From Clostridiales bacterium (GTDB lineage Bacteria > Bacillota > Clostridia > Christensenellales > DUVY01), in the NCBI GenBank assembly GCA_031263605.1, contig JAISFM010000153.1, positions 1 through 15,709 on the forward strand: a stretch of DNA of 15,709 nt, written 5' to 3'. Shown here piece by piece: positions 6,742 to 14,476 of this stretch. Below the pieces are notes generated by a model. It searched no databases. It was not told the origin of the DNA and was given only the letters and a program-made list of their open reading frames with translations. Within the stretch, counting starts at the first letter, position 1. Each line of letters starts with the position of its first letter. Made by a program: the position numbers and the translations under genes.

Positions 6742-6816
6742 TGGGGTGTAGCCAAGCGGTAAGGCACGGGACTTTGACTCCCGCATTCGTAGGTTCAAAT
6801 CCTCCCACCCCAGCCA
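6742..6816 (+). tRNA. tRNA-Gln (anticodon TTG)
   Basis: Cloverleaf folded by hand. Acceptor tggggtg/cacccca. Anticodon stem cggga/tcccg with loop cTTTGac (U33, A37). T-loop ttcaaat. Discriminator g plus encoded CCA. There is one T-stem mismatch and a 3-bp D-stem. Confidence 0.8.
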
Positions 6817-6930
6817 GATTGATCAAGCGAAACCCGGTTGCAAACCGAGCGAAACGCCCAGTTCAAGCGATATGCGGAAATGCGGAAATATGAGTTGTCC
6901 CTAACCTCTTTGGGGCCGTTGCGGGATGGA

Positions 6931-7920
6931 TTATTTTTGCGGCGTATGCATAAGCCGGAGTTGTTTTGCCAACCGTTCTTTGATTTGGCCTACAAAGCCT
7001 TGCGGGCTTAGGACTTTTACGGTGGGGCCGAAAGACAGTATCCGAATGAGCAATTCCGTTTCATCCGCAATATCGTAAGAGAGTTGGCAGGTATAAATAC
7101 CGCGATCGGGGTCATATTCGGTTTTGCGGTCAAAAGAGGCGAATTGCAACAGGAAACGTTCCAACGCATTCCGCTCCTTCGTGATTTCAAGCGTTATCGG
7201 CGGATTGGCATTCGGTTCTGTGAACAATTTGCGCACGATTTCCGGCGGCGCGCGGTGCGGCAAGCCCGACGGCTCAACCGAAACGATTCTGCCGAGATTT
7301 AAGGTTACTTTATTCAATTTTTGCGTTTTGGCGTTGAATGCGGCGCACAGCAGGCGGAATTTATCGTTAAGAGATGAATAACTTAATTTGAACGGGTGAT
7401 AGGCGCGTTGCGACCGCCCGACCCTTTCGCTGTGATAAACGATTGCGACGGGATACTTGTTTTTGCAGGCTTTTAGCAGTTCACGGAAGTTGGCGATATA
7501 AGCCGGGTCGCCGTAAGGGTCTCCGTCAAGGTGGCGGTCAACGGAAATAAAATCGCCCGCGTCAAAGGCGGGGGCGACGCCGCTTAACGCCCGCGCCAGC
7601 GTCGCCAGAGTTTCATCGCTTAAAAACAACCTTATGCGCGGGTCGGACAATAACGCTTTCAGCCACGATAATTCAAGTTGCGTCAGCGGCCGGATCGGCT
7701 GCGCGTCCAATTTTGAATAGTATAAATCGCCGCGCTTTTCCAGAAAGTTCCAGTCGCCGTCCAAAAGTTCGGGCAACAGGTGGAATGCCGTCTCGGAAAA
7801 ACCGTGTTCGCTTACGACGGCGTCGATATCTTTTTTGGAGACGCCGCCGCCGGCGCGCTTAACAATACGCGAAACTATGCCGTAGTAGCAGCCGTACAGT
7901 TCGGAAAACAGTTTACTCAT
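6931..7920 (-). CDS. WYL domain-containing protein, 329 aa (PafC-like partner). A WYL-like core (FRLLCAAF...LNLGRIVSVEP) is followed by a WCX-like C-terminus (ELLIRILSFGPTVKVLSPQGFVGQIKERL). Start at ATG 7920 with a GGGAGGAGG RBS, overlapping the upstream gene's stop by 8 nt.
   Basis: The C-terminal ILSFGP.V.VL.P motif is characteristic of WYL/WCX regulators. The N-terminus is paralogous to the upstream gene (MSKLFSEL vs MAEFSEL). The ORF-track M at 8007 lacks an RBS, so internal M30 with a strong SD is chosen. Confidence 0.65.
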   Translation of the reverse strand: MSKLFSELYGCYYGIVSRIVKRAGGGVSKKDIDAVVSEHGFSETAFHLLPELLDGDWNFLEKRGDLYYSKLDAQPIRPLTQLELSWLKALLSDPRIRLFLSDETLATLARALSGVAPAFDAGDFISVDRHLDGDPYGDPAYIANFRELLKACKNKYPVAIVYHSERVGRSQRAYHPFKLSYSSLNDKFRLLCAAFNAKTQKLNKVTLNLGRIVSVEPSGLPHRAPPEIVRKLFTEPNANPPITLEITKERNALERFLLQFASFDRKTEYDPDRGIYTCQLSYDIADETELLIRILSFGPTVKVLSPQGFVGQIKERLAKQLRLMHTPQK

Positions 7921-9145
7921 CGCCCGCCTCCTCCCGTATCCCGTACATCTCGGCCATGCGGCGGATATCGGCGGCCAGTTTTTTTTCAAGCCGGTCGGTC
8001 GATTCAAAAGATATAAGTCTGCCGATAAAAGTTTTTACCCACGGCATCGCTTCGTTAGCGTCGAATATATCCTTGGAAAACTTAAAAGTATTGTCGCCGA
8101 CGCGCTCGAACGCGCCGCCGCGCCCTTCCTTGTTTATCCTGCTTATAATATGCTTTTCACGGTTCTCGTCGATGCGCAGGGTCATAGAAAACCCCCTTTC
8201 GTTCCTTGAATCGCCGTCGAATGAAACGCCCCAGACCCTGCCGATGTTTCGGGAGAGGGATTCCTGTATTTCCATATAGTTTTCGACCGGTTCTAAGGCC
8301 GCGACGGATTTGATTGCGTCGAGGCGGTAGGTTGAAAACCTGCGGGAGGCGGGGAGGTACGCGCAAAGGTAGCGGCGGCCGCTCCAAAAACTGCACAGGA
8401 TTTTTGCGGGCACGACTCTGTTTTTTACCGGTTTCCCGCTTTTTGCGCCGACGAGTACGGCCTCGATTTCTTTATGTTCGCGCAGGGCGTCCAGAATATC
8501 GAAAAGGATTCCGTCTTCAAGCGTGTGCGCTATGTAATGGTGCTTGAACACGAATAAATCGTTTTCACAGCCGGTATTGTCCAAGATATAGTCGCCGATT
8601 ATGCCCAAGGCGCCGCTTTGGAAAAATTTGACGGCGTCCAAGATTTCGTCGTCTAAATTTACGGTGTTTTTTGATAGGCTGTAACGGAACGCTTTGCCGT
8701 TCTTTTCTTTGGTCAGAATGCCCAATCCCGCGTACTCGGCGCACTTGCCGCGCACGGTTTGCAGGTCAAAGAAGTTGCCGCTTTTAGCCGATATTTCATC
8801 GGTCAATTCGTCCGCCGACTTATCGCCGGTTTGCAACGCGTCCAAAATGTAAAAGTGCAGCATAATATCGTTGCCTGTGAAACTCTTGCTTTTCCACGCC
8901 GCGAATAAAGGGTTGGCGGGGATTTTTCCGCAATCCGCGGAAACGAACGAAACCTTACTGCCGCCGGCATAAGCCCATTTGAAGTTTTCGCCTAAATAAC
9001 TTTCGCAGCGGCGTTTTTCGTTATCGTATGTGCGGGCGGATTTCAATGAAAAATCATCGCGCGCCTTAAACCCGTATATGTAAAAGTCGCGCATAAAGTC
9101 TCTGATTTTATTGAAGTTTTTAATGAGTTCCGAAAATTCCGCCAT
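7913..9145 (-). CDS. WYL domain-containing protein, 410 aa (PafB-like partner). WYL motif: PAKILCSFWSGRRYLCAYLPASRRFSTYRLDAIKSV. C-terminus: MPWVKTFIGRLISFESTDRLEKKL.
   Basis: Start at ATG 9145 (GAGGT RBS), chosen over the ORF-track start at 9262. WYL consensus is wYLvay...r..R.frLdRI. It is translationally coupled (8-nt overlap) to the downstream WYL paralog. Confidence 0.65.
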   Translation of the reverse strand: MAEFSELIKNFNKIRDFMRDFYIYGFKARDDFSLKSARTYDNEKRRCESYLGENFKWAYAGGSKVSFVSADCGKIPANPLFAAWKSKSFTGNDIMLHFYILDALQTGDKSADELTDEISAKSGNFFDLQTVRGKCAEYAGLGILTKEKNGKAFRYSLSKNTVNLDDEILDAVKFFQSGALGIIGDYILDNTGCENDLFVFKHHYIAHTLEDGILFDILDALREHKEIEAVLVGAKSGKPVKNRVVPAKILCSFWSGRRYLCAYLPASRRFSTYRLDAIKSVAALEPVENYMEIQESLSRNIGRVWGVSFDGDSRNERGFSMTLRIDENREKHIISRINKEGRGGAFERVGDNTFKFSKDIFDANEAMPWVKTFIGRLISFESTDRLEKKLAADIRRMAEMYGIREEAGDE

Positions 9146-9214
9146 AGCGTACAACCTCGAACTATGCGTACATATTGTATCAAAAAAACGCGCGCAAGTC
9201 AAAGTAACGGAAGG

Positions 9215-9270
9215 CTCGCAAACTTTTTTATACGCAAAACCGTGTTTTTCGGGTTTTCGCAAACTTTTCT
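9215..9270. promoter_or_regulatory. Divergent intergenic region with direct repeats, a candidate operator for the WYL pair or the rtcB promoter. The repeats are ctcgcaaactttttta (9215-9230) and ttcgcaaacttttct (9256-9270), plus cgcaaaac at 9233-9240.
   Basis: Repeats are spaced ~41 bp apart (about four helical turns) between the WYL-B start (9145) and the rtcB start (9342). TTGATA and TATAAT-like hexamers are present at 9291-9312. Confidence 0.4.
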
Positions 9271-9341
9271 ATTCGGTAATTATAGATCGGGCTTGATATA
9301 ATGGCGGTATAATCAAAACGATCAAACGGAGGGCAAAAGCA

Positions 9342-10574
9342 ATGTTCACGGTAAAAAACAAAAAAATGAAGTTTCCGATTAAGGCTTGGCTTAAAAACAG
9401 AAGCCAAACGGAAGAGGGGTGTTTGGAGCAGGCCATGCGCCTTGCCGAGATGCCGTTTTTACATAAATGGGTCGCCCTTATGCCCGACGCGCATGTCGGA
9501 ATGGGAATGCCTATCGGCGGCGTTATCGCTGCGAAAGGCGTTGTAATCCCGAACGCGGTCGGCGTCGATATCGGGTGCGGCATGGCTTATGCGGGGACGG
9601 ATATCAGGGTTGCGGAGGTACGGGGAATCGCCACAGGCAACGGGCCGTTCATGCAGGCCCTTGTGGGGGATATACTCCGCAACATTCCGGTCGGCTTTAA
9701 CCGCCATAAGACAAAACAGGCTTGCGCCGCTTTGGACAAGGCGGCCGCCGAGGCGGATAAATACGCGGCGAACCCCGAACTTGCCCGGGAGATAGAAAAC
9801 GGATACTATCAAGCCGGAACGTTGGGCGGCGGCAATCATTTTATCGAAATTCAGGAATCCGACGACGGATTTTTGGGAATCATGATCCATTCGGGCAGCC
9901 GCAACTTCGGAAAGCAAATATGCGACTATTATCATAAAGCCGCCCGCGCGCTCAACGAAAAGTGGTACGCGCCTATTCCCGACGAATGGCGGCTGGCGTT
10001 CTTGCCGATCGACAGCAAGGAAGGGAAACAATATATCGACTGGATGAATCTTGCGCTTGACTTTGCCTATGAAAACCGCGCGTTGATGTTGAAGGCGACG
10101 CAAAACATACTGGACAGGATGATGCAAAAATACGCGCATGCCGACTATAAGTATACGGACGAGATTAACTGCCACCACAATTACGCCGCTATCGAGCATC
10201 ATTATGACGCGAACGTCTGGGTTCACCGTAAGGGCGCGACAAGGGCGAGAGCGGGCGAGAGGGCTGTAATCCCCGGAGCGATGGGCTCTTACAGTTATAT
10301 CGTCGAGGGATTAGGGAATGCGGAAAGTTTTTGTTCGAGTTCTCACGGCGCGGGCAGGCGGTATTCCCGTAAGGGCGCGACGGAAGCGTTTACGGCCGAA
10401 CAGGTACTGCGCGACTTAAAGGGGCAAGGCGTTGTGTTGGGCAAAAACAACAAAGCCGACGTCGCCGAAGAAAGCCGCTTCGCGTACAAGGACATAGACG
10501 AAGTTATGAGCAATCAAAAAGACCTCGTTAAAGCCGTAACGCGCTTGAAAACCGTGGGCGTCGTAAAGGGCTGA
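9342..10574 (+). CDS. rtcB: RNA ligase RtcB (3'-phosphate/5'-OH RNA-splicing ligase), 410 aa
   Basis: GGAGGG RBS. Hallmark segments: PDAHVGMGMPIGGV, GVDIGCGM, GGGNHFIEIQ, HSGSRNFG, CHHNYA, and SSHGAGR containing the nucleophilic His. Confidence 0.9.
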   Translation: MFTVKNKKMKFPIKAWLKNRSQTEEGCLEQAMRLAEMPFLHKWVALMPDAHVGMGMPIGGVIAAKGVVIPNAVGVDIGCGMAYAGTDIRVAEVRGIATGNGPFMQALVGDILRNIPVGFNRHKTKQACAALDKAAAEADKYAANPELAREIENGYYQAGTLGGGNHFIEIQESDDGFLGIMIHSGSRNFGKQICDYYHKAARALNEKWYAPIPDEWRLAFLPIDSKEGKQYIDWMNLALDFAYENRALMLKATQNILDRMMQKYAHADYKYTDEINCHHNYAAIEHHYDANVWVHRKGATRARAGERAVIPGAMGSYSYIVEGLGNAESFCSSSHGAGRRYSRKGATEAFTAEQVLRDLKGQGVVLGKNNKADVAEESRFAYKDIDEVMSNQKDLVKAVTRLKTVGVVKG

Positions 10575-10599
10575 CAAAGCGTACTAAGGGCTTTAAAAC

Positions 10600-10760
10600 C
10601 CTAAAATACATCTGTTATTATCCTATACGGACGGTTTCTATGCCGTCGTGGTGCCCTTCGTCTCTGACCGTCGGGTATGCCGGATAGTAATAGGCCCCCG
10701 CGGTTGGGATTACCGCTCCGAGACAGTATGCGGGTTCGATTCCCGCGCCAAGTAATTGGA
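10600..10760 (+). ncRNA. Candidate tRNA-like/Y-RNA-like (YrlA-type) non-coding RNA downstream of rtcB. It contains a canonical T-arm gcggg-TTCGATT-cccgc (10730-10746) and a plausible anticodon-like hairpin gcggt-tgggatt-accgc (10700-10716). No complete cloverleaf or acceptor stem could be folded.
   Basis: A T-arm consensus (GGTTCGATTCC) sits in a 500-nt gene-free region immediately 3' of rtcB. The minus-strand ORF 10618..10926 translates to ...GAGIEPA..., the classic artefact of reading a tRNA T-arm in reverse. Module boundaries are uncertain. Confidence 0.35.
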
Positions 10761-11080
10761 TGTTGGCAACAGAAAGCGGCCTGATAAGCCACAGTATTTG
10801 AAACTGTTCAAGGAAAACCGGATTTGAAGCAAGGGCTTCCGGCGCGTTCGCCAAAGCGGGCAATGCCCGTAGCGGCGATGCGCGCGGCGGCTTTCTTGTC
10901 CGCGGCGCGGGGATACCGTTCGGCAAACCTTAAACCCATAACGCTTTTTACGAAAGGCGCACGCCGGATAAGGCCGCCCGAACTCAACCGCCGCCCCACA
11001 AAAAAGGCGCGGAAGCCTTTGCGGAAAATCTTATTCAAACACAAAAACAACAAAAAAACAAATTTAGGAGAAGCGGAGAA

Positions 11081-12184
11081 ATGAAAATCATCATCCATCA
11101 AAACGAGCGCGGTTTCTTATTCAAGAACGGTACATACAAGAGGATGCTGCAACCCGGCAAAAACAAGGTAAATACTTTTTTAGGCGAGACCTTTGTGCGC
11201 GTCGGTTTGGACAAACCGGTTAAGGTCGCCGGTACGGATACGGAGATTTTAATGCGGGACGCGGAGTTTGCCGCAAGCGTGTTAAAGGTTGACGTCCCCG
11301 ACGGCTGTTTCGGCGCGGTTTTCAAGGACAACTGCATCAAGGACATCTATAAGGCGGGTAGTCATGTCTTTTTCAACCTCTACGGCAACCTGTCTTTCAA
11401 ATTGATCGACATTTCCAAGGTGGAGGTTGAGGACCTGACCCCTTCGCAGATTGACAGCCTGCCGAAAGGCCTTTACAAAAAGATTGTCGTTGCCGAGGGC
11501 GAGGTGGGTTTGTTAAATCTTGACGGTAAGTTTGTCCGTGAACTGAAAGCGGGCGCGTACTGCTTTTGGGATGCTTATACCGCCGTAACTTGCGAGAAGG
11601 TCGATTTGCGCTCTCAGGAACTGGAAATTAACGGTCAAGAGATTTTGACCGCCGATAAGGTATCTTTGCGCGTAAACTTTATCGCGAACTACCGCGTCAC
11701 GGACGCCGTTAAAATCACCGGAGAGGTCAAGAACTACAAGGAGCGCATCTATACGGTTACGCAACTGGCTTTGCGCGAGTATATCGGCAAGTTCCGTTTC
11801 GACGAACTTTTGGAACAGAAAGAGAATATCGCGTCAAGCGTTTTGACCCAACTTCAAGCAAAGTTCGGCGAATATTGCGTTGAGTTTACGGGCGCGGGCT
11901 TAAAGGACATCGTCCTGCCCGGCGAGATTCGGGACATCATGAACACCGTTCTGATTGCCGAGAAAAACGCTCAAGCCAACGTTATCGCCCGTCGCGAGGA
12001 GGTCGCGTCCACCCGGAGTTTGCTTAACACGGCCAAACTTTTGGACGAAAACGCCACGCTTTACAGGTTAAAGGAAATGGAATATTTAGAAAAAATCTGC
12101 GACAAGGTCGGCACAATCTCCGTCGGCGGCGGCAGCCTCTTAACCGAACTTCAAAAAATCGTCGGCGCGCCCCGGGCTAAATAG
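11081..12184 (+). CDS. SPFH/band-7 (stomatin/prohibitin/flotillin-like) domain protein, 367 aa
   Basis: AGGAGAAGCGGAGAA RBS. SPFH-like core: LREYIGKFRFDELLEQKENI...IVLPGEIRDIMNTVLIAEKNAQANVIARREE. Confidence 0.6.
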   Translation: MKIIIHQNERGFLFKNGTYKRMLQPGKNKVNTFLGETFVRVGLDKPVKVAGTDTEILMRDAEFAASVLKVDVPDGCFGAVFKDNCIKDIYKAGSHVFFNLYGNLSFKLIDISKVEVEDLTPSQIDSLPKGLYKKIVVAEGEVGLLNLDGKFVRELKAGAYCFWDAYTAVTCEKVDLRSQELEINGQEILTADKVSLRVNFIANYRVTDAVKITGEVKNYKERIYTVTQLALREYIGKFRFDELLEQKENIASSVLTQLQAKFGEYCVEFTGAGLKDIVLPGEIRDIMNTVLIAEKNAQANVIARREEVASTRSLLNTAKLLDENATLYRLKEMEYLEKICDKVGTISVGGGSLLTELQKIVGAPRAK

Positions 12185-12331
12185 GCTTGCGGCGAAAATG
12201 AATCACCCTGCGGCAAGACCGCGAGGAATTTACCCGGAGAGATTAAAAGGTAAGCGGAAAGACGCCCAAAGGCCGCCCGCGAAAATGTCCGCGCCGCGAG
12301 GTCGGGAGTGGACAAATAGCGATGATACTGG

Positions 12332-12441
12332 GTCATCGCGAGGAGCGAACGCAGTGAGCGACGAAGCAATCTCTATATAAAAAGGCGCGTTTCGTGTTTT
12401 GTAGAGATTGCCGCGTCGCGCGTCGCGCTCCTCGCAATGAC
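12332..12441. repeat. R1 element, complete inverted-repeat copy. Left arm gtcatcgcgaggagcgaacgcagtgagcgacgaagcaatctcta; central tataaaaaggcgcgtttcgtgtttt; right arm gtagagattgccgcgtcgcgcgtcgcgctcctcgcaatgac. It is followed by the R4 module gtttgtacaccactcccgtgagg (12466-12510; compare 4598-4625).
   Basis: The arms are reverse complements of each other over ~40 nt. Same family as 4255-4350 and others. Confidence 0.7.
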
Positions 12442-12521
12442 TTGCCGTGTTTACAATCAACGCGGTTTGTACACCACTCCCGTGAGGTTAACAGTTTCTA
12501 CACCCGCGAGGTTAAAATCGT

Positions 12522-12550
12522 TTGACGGCGGGCGAATTTTAGTATATAAT
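12522..12550 (+). promoter_or_regulatory. Promoter for the rtcB2-prfH operon: -35 TTGACG (12522-12527), 17-bp spacer, -10 TATAAT (12545-12550)
   Basis: Canonical hexamers with correct spacing. A leader ORF and terminator follow. Confidence 0.6.
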
Positions 12551-12580
12551 ATTTATATCCTGCAAACGGAGGGTCTTATC

Positions 12581-12616
12581 ATGCGTGTGCAAAATTTGGA
12601 AAATTTAATAGTTTAG
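12581..12616 (+). CDS. 11-codon leader ORF (MRVQNLENLIV) with a strong GGAGGG RBS 7 nt upstream
   Basis: Perfect SD and spacing, sited between the promoter and an intrinsic terminator. Speculative as a regulatory leader peptide. Confidence 0.35.
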   Translation: MRVQNLENLIV

Positions 12617-12642
12617 AACGGTAAAATCGTACTCTTGATAGG

Positions 12643-12671
12643 AGCCGCGGTTTTTCGCCGCGGCTTTTTTA
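12643..12671 (+). terminator. Intrinsic terminator (agccgcgg-tttttcg-ccgcggct + T6) in the leader of the rtcB2-prfH operon. The 3' half ccgcggcttt is repeated at ~12718-12730 (ccgccgcggctttggcg), and a second hairpin cggcttg...caagccgTTTTcat lies at ~12698-12751, consistent with alternative attenuator structures.
   Basis: 8-bp perfect GC stem plus T-run. The duplicated 3' strand was read directly. Confidence 0.6.
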
Positions 12672-12776
12672 ATGTCTAAAACGGGAATATTCCTTTTTAC
12701 GGCTTGTCTGTTAATCCGCCGCGGCTTTGGCGATTTTTAGGCAAGCCGTTTTCATATGTCAATAAAAAAGGAATTT

Positions 12777-13850
12777 ATGAATACAAATAACAAATTGACT
12801 ATCGTCTCGGACGATAAAAACTGGATGGAGGGCAGCGCGGTAAATCAAGCCCGTGAGGTTTGCAATCTTGACGGGGTTCAAGCCGTGTTCGCTATGCCCG
12901 ACCTTCACGCGGGCAAAACGCCCGTAGGGGTAGTCGTCATCACAAAGGGCAAAATCTACCCTCATTTAATCGGCTCGGATATCGGTTGCGGAATGAGTAT
13001 ATTCTCGACCGGCGTCGAGAGCAAAAGAATCAAAACGGACAGGTGGGTTAGCCGCCTTAACACGATCAAAACCTTGGCGGCGGTTCCGAATAGCGAATAC
13101 CGTTTCGATTGCCCGATACCGGATTTCGGAAGCATAGGCTCCGGCAACCATTTCGCCGAGTTTCAAGCAATCCACGAGGTCTTTGACGCGGGCGGTTTGG
13201 CGGCTCTGGCAATGGACAAATCCGAACTTTTTATGACCGTTCACAGTGGATCGAGAAGTTACGGGAGTAAAATCTTGCAAGAGTTTAACGACCGCAACGG
13301 CTACGCCGCGGACGGCAAAGAGGCAAAAGGATATCTGGAAAAACACGGCGACGCTCTTTTTTGGGCGGCAAAGAACAGGTATGAGTCGGCAAAGAAGTTA
13401 ATCGATTACTTGGGCTTTTCGCAAGCGGTAGAGCGCAAACTGGAATGCGGCCATAATTTTTTGGAGCGGTCCGGCGGCTTGTATTATCACCGCAAGGGAG
13501 TTGTGTCCGCTCAAACCGGCGCAGTGCTTATCGCGGGTTCGAGAGGGACGCTCAGTTACATCGTAAGGCCGACGGCTAAATGCGCGGAGTACGGTTACAG
13601 TTTGGCGCACGGTAGCGGCAGGAAATGGGCGCGCAGTATGTGTAAGCCCCGCATTCGGGAAAAGTACACCTTGGAAACAATCAAGCGGAACAAGTTCGGC
13701 GGCCAACTGGTTTGCCACGATTACGGTTTGCTGTTCGAGGAAGCGCCGGACGCGTACAAGAATGTGGACGTTATTATTGCCGTATTGGAACGGTACGGCA
13801 TGATTGAGCGCGTCGCCGCCCTCAAACCTGTGCTTACTTTTAAGGGTTAG
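12777..13850 (+). CDS. rtcB2: RtcB-family RNA ligase paralog (release factor H-coupled RtcB2), 357 aa. ATG 12777 with an AAGGA RBS is preferred to ATG 12756.
   Basis: RtcB motifs: MPDLHAGKTPVGVVV, GSDIGCGM, GSGNHFAEFQ, HSGSRSYG, CGHNF, and AHGSGRK containing the nucleophilic His. It sits immediately upstream of prfH. Confidence 0.85.
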   Translation: MNTNNKLTIVSDDKNWMEGSAVNQAREVCNLDGVQAVFAMPDLHAGKTPVGVVVITKGKIYPHLIGSDIGCGMSIFSTGVESKRIKTDRWVSRLNTIKTLAAVPNSEYRFDCPIPDFGSIGSGNHFAEFQAIHEVFDAGGLAALAMDKSELFMTVHSGSRSYGSKILQEFNDRNGYAADGKEAKGYLEKHGDALFWAAKNRYESAKKLIDYLGFSQAVERKLECGHNFLERSGGLYYHRKGVVSAQTGAVLIAGSRGTLSYIVRPTAKCAEYGYSLAHGSGRKWARSMCKPRIREKYTLETIKRNKFGGQLVCHDYGLLFEEAPDAYKNVDVIIAVLERYGMIERVAALKPVLTFKG

Positions 13851-13864
13851 GGGGGGAGGAGCGT

Positions 13865-14476
13865 ATGTTATACCACATAACGGCGGGGCGCGGCCCTGCG
13901 GAATGCGAACTTGCGGTCGGAAGGTTTCTGGCCGTTTTGGCCGCCGAGACGGACGTTGAGGTTTTGGCGAAGGCGGAAGGGCGGTACGCGGGCTGCCTGA
14001 AATCCGCGCTTGTGAGGGCGGGCATAAACGGCCCGCCCTTGCAAGGCACGGTGCAATGGATATGCAGAAGCCCGTTCCGCCCTAACCACAAGAGAAAGAA
14101 TTGGTTTATCGGCGTTAACCGAATGGACGAGCCGAAAGATTGCGGTTATGAAATCGGCGGCGGCGGCGGCGTGGTTTTTCAGACCTTCGGCGCGAGCGGC
14201 AAGGGCGGGCAGCACGTAAACAAAACGGAATCCGCCGTCCGCGCCATCCATATCGCAACGGGGCTTACGGCGACCGCAAGCGGCGAGCGCAGCCAACATC
14301 AGAACAAGAAAACCGCCGTGGAGCGGTTGAATGAGTTGCTTCGGCAACGGGAGGACAGCCGGGATCTTTCCGAAAAGGGCGCGCTCTTTTTCAACCATAA
14401 TAACCTGTCCCGCGGCAGCCCCGCGCGGATATACGAGGGTATCGGCTTTAAGCGGATTACAGGAGATACAACATGA
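13865..14476 (+). CDS. prfH: Peptide chain release factor H (PrfH): a short RF homolog with the GGQ motif, lacking the codon-recognition domain 1. 203 aa.
   Basis: GGAGGAG RBS. SGKGGQHVNKTESAVRAIHIATG is the class-I RF peptidyl-hydrolase GGQ loop. The ~200 aa size and rtcB paralog adjacency match the RtcB2-PrfH module. Confidence 0.85.
   Translation: MLYHITAGRGPAECELAVGRFLAVLAAETDVEVLAKAEGRYAGCLKSALVRAGINGPPLQGTVQWICRSPFRPNHKRKNWFIGVNRMDEPKDCGYEIGGGGGVVFQTFGASGKGGQHVNKTESAVRAIHIATGLTATASGERSQHQNKKTAVERLNELLRQREDSRDLSEKGALFFNHNNLSRGSPARIYEGIGFKRITGDTT

Noticed and set aside
9459-10226. 255-aa minus-strand ORF inside rtcB
   Set aside because: It is antisense to a gene with unmistakable RtcB motifs.
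10690-10760. Attempt to call a complete canonical tRNA (e.g. tRNA-Ser GGA) on the + strand
   Set aside because: The T-arm and an anticodon-like hairpin are present, but no acceptor stem complementary to the 3' gccaagt could be found. U33 is absent from the loop, and the putative variable region forms no stem. Reported only as a tRNA-like element.
10618-10926. 102-aa minus-strand ORF (..GAGIEPAYCLGAVIPTAGAYYYPAYP..)
   Set aside because: The GIEPA segment is the reverse translation of a tRNA-type T-arm (GGTTCGATTCC on the + strand). There is no RBS, and the region is better explained as an RNA element.
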